Source: Acinetobacter phage Aristophanes. Taken from it: a stretch of 43,505 bases of DNA. The notes below the pieces were generated by a model. That model was given only the letters and a program-made list of their open reading frames with translations, searched no databases and was not told the DNA's origin. Shown in pieces: positions 36,615 to 43,505 of the stretch. The stretch lies in sequence record MT783706.1; one strand, written 5' to 3'. Position 1 is the stretch's first letter, and every line of letters begins with the position of its first letter. Both the position numbers and the translations under genes were made by a program.

Positions 36615-39596
36615 ATGACCAATAGTATTAACGAACTTAAATCTTATACAGAGTACAATGTGAATACACCTACAAGTGTGTTCACTATTGGATTCCAGTA
36701 CGAATATAACGTAGACCACGTTAACGTTACCGTAGATGGTGTAGAAGCTACAGCAGCAGGGTACACTATCCAACACGATTCACATGGTACAGTAACGCTA
36801 ACGCCTGCTGTACCTAGCGGTGTAGTACGCTTATCCCGTGAGACCGATATTGATACCGCAGCACACACCTTTAGTGCTGGGGCGAAGTTCACTGCTGGAA
36901 ACATGAATGAGAACTTCGAGCAGATTCGACACTCTCAACAAGAGGTACGTGATGGCTTCAGTAAACTTAAAGATGATATAGGCTTTACTAACCTAGAACA
37001 GACTGTACAAGCTGTGCGTATTATTGCTAACGAAGTCGAGGATAATGTCTCACAATCTCAAAGCTTACTAGATAACACAATAACCCAAGCCAATTTGGCG
37101 CAAGGTTACGCTGATAGTGCGAGCGTTGCAAATACTGCTGCCCAACAAGCTGCTGCCGATGCTCAGCAAGCGGTTATTGATGTAAGTACTGCGGAAGCTG
37201 ACGTTTATGCTGCTCTTTCAGCACAACAAACTACGGTTAATAACTCTTTAGCAGCCTACGTTGGTGGTCGAAAAGCCTACACAACCCTTGCTTTAGCACA
37301 AGCGGATCAGGCTAATCTACCTGCGAACACTGCTATTGAGGTCACTAACGATGGAGCAAACAACGGCACATACCAGTGGGACGGAACAACTCTTACAAAA
37401 TCAACCTACGATCCCCTTACTCAATCAAAGCTTTATACCAACAATAAGGTTCAAGACGAAATAAGTAAGGCTTTATCAGGTAAATTGCTAACTGTCGAGG
37501 ATCGTGTTGTTTACTCTCTCGACGGTGTTACATTAGAAAATGTGTATCAAGGTGATTTCTTTTTTACGGATGTATCTGTCGAAGCGGGGCAATGGTATCT
37601 GATTACATCTAACGCACTCGGTAGTGTTCGTGCTTATTATATCGCTAACGCATCAGGTAATTTAGTTAAGTACGGAGAACCTACAGTTTCAGAGGAGTTA
37701 GTACAAGTTCCAGTGGGCGGTGTACGTCTTGTTGTAAACTCACTTAAAACTGCACGAGATAATTTCTCTGTAAAGTTGCTTTCAAAAGATGAAGCAACAA
37801 TTTTACAGAAAGCAAAAGATGCTCCAAACCCAAAAACTTTAATCGAAAAAGCCTTATCAGGGAACATTGACACTACAATGAATAGCACGATCTATTCACC
37901 AGATGGTTTGACTTTAGATGCGGTTGCACATGCGGACCTTTTTTGTGCAGACATGAGCGTAAAAGAGGGCGACTGGTATCTAATCACATCTGATGCATCG
38001 GGCAGTGTTCGTGCTTACTACACAGCAAACGGCAATACAGTTAAGTCGTATGGCGAAGTTACAGAGTCGTTAAAATTCGTTCAGATTCCTGTAGGTGCAA
38101 ATCGCTTGATTGTGAATAGCTTAATTTCAAATAAAGACAAGTTTTCTGTAAAACTTCTTTCAAAAGACGAAGTGGCGTTGTTTAAAAGCTCACAGGTTGT
38201 CACAACAGTCCGAGATGCCTTTCCTTCGCGCCCAAGCTACCCAAACTTATTGAAAGAAAAGTGCCCTAAATTTTATGAAAAATTAAAGGGTAAGACAGGT
38301 GATCTAACCGTTTGTCTAACAGGAACGTCATTAACACTGGGCAACCTATACGCAACTGATCGAAGTGATGGCACAACTCGACCACCACAGTTACACACGA
38401 ATGACTTAGCTAGTGCAATCTTTGATTCATTAATTGGTTATTGGGATGGGCAACAGTATCGTCGTTATGATCATGCTGATCTAACATATTCATCAAGTGC
38501 ATGGGTAGTCACTAATGATGTAAAAGATGGTGAAAATTCAGTATGGGATGATCGTGCAGAGTACCGAAACGGTTTAACTAAAACGACAACTTCGGCAAAT
38601 GCAAGTGTTGCAATAACAATTCCAAGTGATGCTTGGCAGTTCAACTTTATTTATCGGAGTGACAGTCAAGGCGGTAATTGTACAGTTGCAATCTCGGAAG
38701 GAAATTCAAAAGTTGAGGTATTCAATGGCACTGCATGGGTTGAAGCAAACGGCTTTACATTCAGCATGTTAGAGTCTGCTGCTACTGCCACCAAAGGCAA
38801 TACTATATTTCAGAAGCGTTTAAAAATGCGCTGTAAAAATAAGGCAGGTGGTATTAACTCAATCGGCTCAACAAAACGAATCACAATTACAAAAGCGAAT
38901 GATAACACGCGCTTTAATGTGGTTGGCTTTGAATGGTCTCCGCGTGAGTTTATGTTCACGTTTATTAACTCAGCACGAGGCTCACACAACTGGGGTTTAG
39001 CAAATGGATACAATCTTGAAAATTATCAAGATGGTGATATTTGGAACTTTAATCCTGATTTAATCTTGTGTGAAGCAACAATTATCAATTGGGGTGGTTC
39101 ATGGGGTTATGATGTTGACCCGCTCTATTATTCTAATATTGCCAAACGTACTTACTTTAATGAGTTTAATGACAATCCGAACTCTTTGCATGTAAAATCA
39201 AACGCTTATCAGAACTGTGAAATTATTTTCTATGGTGACACTGTTTCCGCACACGATTCTCAAGCTGCTAGTTGGAATGGTAAGCAGCCTAGATTCGCAA
39301 CAGTCACAACAGCAGCAGATAATGGTAACGGCTCAACTGAAAATATTGGTAGAGTGAAAAATATCTTTGAGAACTATGCAGAAGTTGAAAGATATATGGC
39401 ATCTAAGGACCACATATTTATTCCTGTTTCTGTGATGTTTAAAAACGTTGCTGATAAATATTTCGGTAATTATTGGGATGCATTCAGAGGCACTGATAAA
39501 GCAGGTACAACACTCTCTTATGATGCGATCCACCTAAACGATAATGGTTACAAGCTCTGGTCACTGCCGATTGTGCCAATTTTTGAGAATCTATAA
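36615..39596 (+). CDS. Tail fibre/tailspike: T7 gp17-like N-terminal anchor, two tandem ~105-aa repeats and a C-terminal SGNH-hydrolase-like domain
   Basis: The N-terminus 'MTNSINELKSYTEYNVNTPTSVFTIGFQYEYNVDHVNVTVDG' is typical of T7-like fibres. Repeats lie at about 37508-37829 and 37891-38192. The C-terminus ends with 'YDAIHLNDNGYKLW' (DxxH block) and 'CLTGTSLTLGN' (GDS-like block). Confidence 0.9.
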   Translation: MTNSINELKSYTEYNVNTPTSVFTIGFQYEYNVDHVNVTVDGVEATAAGYTIQHDSHGTVTLTPAVPSGVVRLSRETDIDTAAHTFSAGAKFTAGNMNENFEQIRHSQQEVRDGFSKLKDDIGFTNLEQTVQAVRIIANEVEDNVSQSQSLLDNTITQANLAQGYADSASVANTAAQQAAADAQQAVIDVSTAEADVYAALSAQQTTVNNSLAAYVGGRKAYTTLALAQADQANLPANTAIEVTNDGANNGTYQWDGTTLTKSTYDPLTQSKLYTNNKVQDEISKALSGKLLTVEDRVVYSLDGVTLENVYQGDFFFTDVSVEAGQWYLITSNALGSVRAYYIANASGNLVKYGEPTVSEELVQVPVGGVRLVVNSLKTARDNFSVKLLSKDEATILQKAKDAPNPKTLIEKALSGNIDTTMNSTIYSPDGLTLDAVAHADLFCADMSVKEGDWYLITSDASGSVRAYYTANGNTVKSYGEVTESLKFVQIPVGANRLIVNSLISNKDKFSVKLLSKDEVALFKSSQVVTTVRDAFPSRPSYPNLLKEKCPKFYEKLKGKTGDLTVCLTGTSLTLGNLYATDRSDGTTRPPQLHTNDLASAIFDSLIGYWDGQQYRRYDHADLTYSSSAWVVTNDVKDGENSVWDDRAEYRNGLTKTTTSANASVAITIPSDAWQFNFIYRSDSQGGNCTVAISEGNSKVEVFNGTAWVEANGFTFSMLESAATATKGNTIFQKRLKMRCKNKAGGINSIGSTKRITITKANDNTRFNVVGFEWSPREFMFTFINSARGSHNWGLANGYNLENYQDGDIWNFNPDLILCEATIINWGGSWGYDVDPLYYSNIAKRTYFNEFNDNPNSLHVKSNAYQNCEIIFYGDTVSAHDSQAASWNGKQPRFATVTTAADNGNGSTENIGRVKNIFENYAEVERYMASKDHIFIPVSVMFKNVADKYFGNYWDAFRGTDKAGTTLSYDAIHLNDNGYKLWSLPIVPIFENL

Positions 39597-39616
39597 TCAC
39601 TCGATAAATCACACCT

Positions 39617-39647
39617 AACCCTGCCTTTTAATTAAGGTAGGGTTTTT
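39617..39647 (+). terminator. Rho-independent terminator after the tail fibre gene
   Basis: 11-bp stem aaccctgcctt / aaggtagggtt (one G-U wobble) with loop ttaatt, followed by 'ttttt'. Confidence 0.7.
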
Positions 39648-39696
39648 ATTACCAAAATTTAGGGGCATCGTGTCTGAAATGAAGCAAGAGGAATGA

Positions 39697-40080
39697 ATGA
39701 ACTTTATAGATCAGGTCTATTTGGTTCTGGTCTATACATGGTCAGAGCTAAGTAAGAACGCACATGTACTGATGGGGGCTATACTAGCTGTGACCATTTC
39801 GTATTTAAAAACTCACAAAGAGAAGCGAGAGCAGAACTGGGGTGAGAACCTACTATGCGGTATCTTTGCAGGTATCGCTCTTACAGGTGTTTCTATTATA
39901 CAAAAACTGATAGTACTAGCCTTCCCGTACTTAGCTGGTATTATCATCCCTACTGAGTTAGTAGTGGGGATGGTAGCAGGTATCATTGCTTGGTACGGTA
40001 CGGATGGTACTATTAAACTTATATCTAAATTCAAACGAGGTAAAGACAATGGCAGTAAGTCTACAGAAGATTCAAAGTGA
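39697..40080 (+). CDS. Holin (class I-like, three predicted TM segments)
   Basis: 127 aa with three hydrophobic helices and a charged C-terminus, located immediately upstream of the endolysin. Confidence 0.55.
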   Translation: MNFIDQVYLVLVYTWSELSKNAHVLMGAILAVTISYLKTHKEKREQNWGENLLCGIFAGIALTGVSIIQKLIVLAFPYLAGIIIPTELVVGMVAGIIAWYGTDGTIKLISKFKRGKDNGSKSTEDSK

Positions 40081-40636
40081 AGCTAAACGCTTAGGTGTTG
40101 AAGTTCCAGCTCTACGTGCTATCTTAGAGAAAGAGAGTTCTGGTTCAGGCTTTAATGCTGACGGTACACCTAAGATTTTGTATGAACGTCATATTATGTA
40201 CCGCCGTTTAGTACATAACAAAGGGCAACGAGTTGCTGATGTGTATGCCTTAAACCATCCTACACTGGTTAGTCCTAGAGGGTACGGAGCTGGTGGTTAC
40301 GGCAAGTACAGTGAACAACCTAAGAAGTTAGAGGCTGCTGCTAAGATTGATCGTACAAGTGCCCTAGAGAGTTGTTCTTGGGGTATTGCTCAGATCATGG
40401 GCTACCACTGGAAATTATGTGGTTTCAGCTCTATACAGCAATTTGTGAACGCTATGTACAAGTCGGAAGATTCACAGTTCGAAGTCTTTGTTAAGTTCCT
40501 AGAAGGTGCTGGTATTGTACCTTACCTGAAGAAGTTAGATTGGGCTGGTGTAGCTCTACGTTACAACGGTAGCAACTACAAACAGAACAACTACGATAAA
40601 GATTTAGCGAAGTACTACAAGCAATTCAAGGAGTAA
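40049..40636 (+). CDS. Endolysin, putative N-acetylmuramidase family
   Basis: 'LRAILEKESSGSGFNADGTPKILYERHIMYRRL' resembles the phage muramidase family motif (..ESxGxGF..RPKILFERHIF). The ATG at 40049 has a GAGG RBS and overlaps the holin end by 32 nt; the longer track ORF starts at 39986. Confidence 0.55.
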   Translation: MAVSLQKIQSEAKRLGVEVPALRAILEKESSGSGFNADGTPKILYERHIMYRRLVHNKGQRVADVYALNHPTLVSPRGYGAGGYGKYSEQPKKLEAAAKIDRTSALESCSWGIAQIMGYHWKLCGFSSIQQFVNAMYKSEDSQFEVFVKFLEGAGIVPYLKKLDWAGVALRYNGSNYKQNNYDKDLAKYYKQFKE

Positions 40637-40638
40637 CT

Positions 40639-40941
40639 ATGACTAAGAAAACAGGGGCTACACAGTCCCGCCTAGCTTATCTTCATGAACTCTTAGTTGA
40701 GCAGATTATTGCAGACTTCGAGTTCCACAAGGAGGAGAATATCCCTATGAGTGCTACTGATAAACAAGTAGCTATTACGTTACTACGTAATGAAGGGATT
40801 ACAGCTACTCCTGATAATGAGGATATTCAACGTCTTAAAGATGTAGCTACCCGTATTAAGGACGAGGCTAAGAAAGACGTAGCTATGGGTATTATAACAG
40901 AAGTGCAAGAAGCACATGAATTAACTGCGTTTCTAAATTAG
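40639..40941 (+). CDS. Terminase small subunit (T7 gp18-like)
   Basis: 100 aa, immediately upstream of the large terminase gene. Confidence 0.55.
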   Translation: MTKKTGATQSRLAYLHELLVEQIIADFEFHKEENIPMSATDKQVAITLLRNEGITATPDNEDIQRLKDVATRIKDEAKKDVAMGIITEVQEAHELTAFLN

Positions 40942-40949
40942 GATATTAT

Positions 40950-42902
40950 ATGTTATCAGACACAGTTATTAGTCGGTACAAGATGCTACACCAAGCATGT
41001 CAGAAGTGGAATCATCAACCTGAACTCATACCGCTTGAGGAGAGGGAACTACTAGCTACTATCTGTGCTGGTGCTTTCAGGGAGTTCCGAGACTTCGCTG
41101 AAGTGGGTATGCAGTACTTAGGCTTCAAGTTATCTAGTATTCAATCAGACATTGCTGTGTTCATGCAGTACGGTCAGAACAAACGTATGGTGCAGGCACA
41201 ACGTGGGCAGGCTAAGAGTACCTTAGCAGCGTTGTACTGCATCTGGTTACTTATACATAAACCAAGTACACGAGTACTTATTGTATCAGGTGGTGGTGAT
41301 CAAGCAGATGCTATTAGTATTCTAGTAGTTCGTATTATTATGAACTGGAGTATCTTAGCGTGGTTACGTCCTGATACTACTAGAGGTGACAGGGATAGTA
41401 CAAAGAACTTCGATGTACATGGTTCATTGAAGGGTATTGATAAATCAGCTAGTGTAAGCTCAGTAGGTATCACAGCGAACCTACAAGGTAAACGTGCTGA
41501 CTTCATCCTCGCCGATGATATAGAAACGCAGAAGAACTCTATGACTCAACCTATGCGTGAGCAGTTGCTGTTACTAACTAAAGAGTTCGCAGCTATCTGT
41601 ATCACAGGTGAGATTATGTACTTAGGTACACCTCAGACTAAAGATTCTGTGTATCGAGTACTACCTCAACGTGGTTACGATGTGCGTATCTGGACTGGAC
41701 GTTACCCTACAGAAGAAGAACTACAACGCTATGGTGCTGGTACACAAGTAGCACCTACGATCATGCAGAAACTCTTAGAGAATCCAGACCTACAGACTGG
41801 TGGTGGTATCACAGGTAAACGTGGTCAACCTACAGACCCTGATCATATCTCAGAGGAGATTCTTCAAGAGAAAGAGTTAGAATACGGTGATGAAGGCTTT
41901 GCCTTGCAGTACATGCTCGATACAACGCTCTCAGACGCTCTTAGAACGAAGATTAAGCTCAGTGATATGATAGTACTAGGGGTAGGCTCAGAGAGTGCTC
42001 CTGAGAGCGTACAGTGGTCCTGTGAGCCTACTAAGCAGTTCAAAGACCTGAACCCTGCTATTACATCGTTCAGGATGTACTATGGTGCAGGCGTATCTGA
42101 GAACTACGTTAAGTACGAACACAAGGTGATGTGTGTAGACCCATCAGGTGATGGTGGTGATGAGTTAGCTTACGCTGCTGGAGGAGCTACAAATAGTTAT
42201 ATTTATTTACTATCGGTAGGTGGCTTCAGAGGTGGTTTAACAGAGCAGAACATTAACTTGATTCTACAGAAGATGATTACTCTTGGTATTAAAGACCTCC
42301 AGATCGAGAAGAACATGGGTCATGGTGCTGTTACAGCGTTGTTCCTAGCACAGATAGATAAACTACGTCTGTGGTGCGCTATGGACTCGCAGGAGGAGTC
42401 TTTTAAGGAGTTCTGTACTCAGGTACAGCTAACGCCGTTGGAACTCTCTACGAGGCTCTCAGGCATTGGTGTGACGGATTATCATGTACTCGGACAGAAA
42501 GAGAAGCGTATTATTGATACGATCTCCCCAGTGACTCGTAGGCATAAGCTAGTGGTTAGCACAGAGGCTATTGCAGAGGATTGGGAGATGTGTATGAAGC
42601 ATCCCCCTGATAGACGAGTGTTCTACAGTGCGTTCTATCAGTTAGGTAACATCACTTACGATAGGCAGTCTCTAGTTAAGGATGACCGAGCAGACGCTGT
42701 ACAAGCTCTTGTAGAGCGATTACAGGGGTATTTAGCTAAGGATGAGGCTAAGGTAGCAGTAGAGCGTCAAGAGGCTGCTATGAAGGAATGGTTAGCGAAT
42801 CCGATGGGGTACACTGATAGTCAGTACCGTAGAGAGGCTAGGGGTAGACCTAGAACAACAGGTTCAAGTTTAAATAGGAGAGGTTTCGGTGGTAGAAGAT
42901 AA
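40950..42902 (+). CDS. Terminase large subunit (T7 gp19-like)
   Basis: 650 aa with 'ADFILADDIETQ' (Walker B-like). It is the last large gene before the right end. Confidence 0.8.
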   Translation: MLSDTVISRYKMLHQACQKWNHQPELIPLEERELLATICAGAFREFRDFAEVGMQYLGFKLSSIQSDIAVFMQYGQNKRMVQAQRGQAKSTLAALYCIWLLIHKPSTRVLIVSGGGDQADAISILVVRIIMNWSILAWLRPDTTRGDRDSTKNFDVHGSLKGIDKSASVSSVGITANLQGKRADFILADDIETQKNSMTQPMREQLLLLTKEFAAICITGEIMYLGTPQTKDSVYRVLPQRGYDVRIWTGRYPTEEELQRYGAGTQVAPTIMQKLLENPDLQTGGGITGKRGQPTDPDHISEEILQEKELEYGDEGFALQYMLDTTLSDALRTKIKLSDMIVLGVGSESAPESVQWSCEPTKQFKDLNPAITSFRMYYGAGVSENYVKYEHKVMCVDPSGDGGDELAYAAGGATNSYIYLLSVGGFRGGLTEQNINLILQKMITLGIKDLQIEKNMGHGAVTALFLAQIDKLRLWCAMDSQEESFKEFCTQVQLTPLELSTRLSGIGVTDYHVLGQKEKRIIDTISPVTRRHKLVVSTEAIAEDWEMCMKHPPDRRVFYSAFYQLGNITYDRQSLVKDDRADAVQALVERLQGYLAKDEAKVAVERQEAAMKEWLANPMGYTDSQYRREARGRPRTTGSSLNRRGFGGRR

Positions 42903-43113
42903 AGCAGTTAAGCTCAAAGAGAAGATCAAGGGAGTAGACCTTGATGTAGTAGAGAACGATCTACGTATCGTTATTGATACAGTAGAGACTTTGAATAAGG
43001 ATAACACCAGTAGTAAAGCAGATAACATTCAACGTGGTGTTAATGATGCTCGGAAGGTACTAGGTATCTTTAGTGCTATTCGGAGTATCTTCAGAGTGTT
43101 TAAGAAGAAGTAG
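42889..43113 (+). CDS. Hypothetical protein (74 aa, GTG start, basic amphipathic C-terminus)
   Basis: ORF overlapping the terminase gene end, in a T7 gp19.5-like position. Confidence 0.35.
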   Translation: MVEDKAVKLKEKIKGVDLDVVENDLRIVIDTVETLNKDNTSSKADNIQRGVNDARKVLGIFSAIRSIFRVFKKK

Positions 43114-43321
43114 ATACGGAGATGTAGTGTGGAACTAGGTTTATTATTTGTGATTGTACTAGGTATTATTCTATCATTTAGTTAGGTGTGTGTGTGGCTT
43201 AGTGTCCAGATGGGAGTACTAAGTCACTTCTAATTTTTGGTAGAAATTTACGAGAGGGTATCCCCACCCTGAGCACCGCAGAGTTCCCCCATAGGGGCTA
43301 CTACAAGCACCCTGCTGAGGT

Positions 43322-43505
43322 ATCCTTCAGGGTATTCCTTCAGGAGTTCTTCAGGAGTTCTTCAGGAGTTCTTCAGGAGTTCTTCAGGAGTTCTTCAGGA
43401 GTTCTTCAGGAGTTCTTCAGGAGTTCTTCAGGAGTTCTTCAGGAGTTCTTCAGGAGTTCTTCAGGAGTTCTTCAGGAGTTCTTCAGGAGTTCTTCAGGAG
43501 TTCTT
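43322..43505. repeat. Right copy of the direct terminal repeat (truncated by the window end)
   Basis: Exact repeat of positions 1-184. Confidence 0.85.

Noticed and set aside
37508-38192. Diversity-generating retroelement (template/variable repeat) in the tail fibre
   Set aside because: The two repeats are in-frame tandem protein-domain duplicates with about 50% identity, not a near-identical TR/VR pair. No reverse transcriptase gene is present in the genome.
1768-39533. All minus-strand ORFs in the track (for example 8299-8790, 18310-18777, 33082-33468, 28448-28789)
   Set aside because: Each lies entirely inside a well-supported + strand gene (polymerase, RNAP, tail proteins). None has an RBS or recognisable motifs. 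They are shadow ORFs of a strictly one-strand phage genome.

Overview
The window appears to be a complete linear genome (about 43.3 kb) of a T7-supergroup podovirus (Autographiviridae-like). It is bounded by a direct terminal repeat (DTR) of at least 184 bp, present at positions 1-184 and 43322-43505; the right copy is cut by the window end. All supported genes are on the + strand, and no tRNA or rRNA is visible.

The layout is phiKMV-like rather than T7-like.

Left end and early block:
- The DTR is built from 15 tandem copies of an 11-bp unit.
- It is followed by a ~350-bp polypyrimidine tract, then an AT-rich region.
- Two host sigma70-type promoters near 709 and 1057 drive a block of small early genes of unknown function (1.4-4.6 kb).

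Middle block (DNA metabolism):
- DNA metabolism: a primase and a DnaB-like helicase as separate genes, a family-A DNA polymerase, a 5'-3' exonuclease and an endonuclease VII.
- Nucleotide metabolism: ThyX, class I ribonucleotide reductase (small and large subunits), a metallophosphoesterase and a T4-gp1-like dNMP kinase.
- The single-subunit T7-like RNA polymerase lies at the end of this block, at 18.3-20.8 kb.

Late block (structure and packaging):
- Portal, scaffold and major capsid genes.
- Tail tubular proteins A and B.
- Three internal virion proteins.
- Tail fibre, followed by a holin and an endolysin.
- Small and large terminase subunits.

Two near-identical cassettes at 7878-7945 and 20762-20830 each pair a terminator hairpin with a conserved 20-mer that looks like a phage-RNAP promoter. 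They split the genome into early, middle and late transcription units. A third copy of the promoter motif lies inverted at 519-540, pointing into the pyrimidine tract and the DTR.

Other notable items:
- The 11-bp periodicity of the terminal repeat.
- A tail fibre with a T7-like N-terminus, an internal duplication and a C-terminal domain that looks like an SGNH-family esterase, all with shifted composition.
- A family of three small 'LGESK' proteins tied to a repeated translational-coupling cassette.
- A long-range inverted repeat in the early leader.
- A possible +1-frame extension ORF after the capsid gene.

Protein family assignments rest on motifs read by eye and on gene order. No database search was possible.
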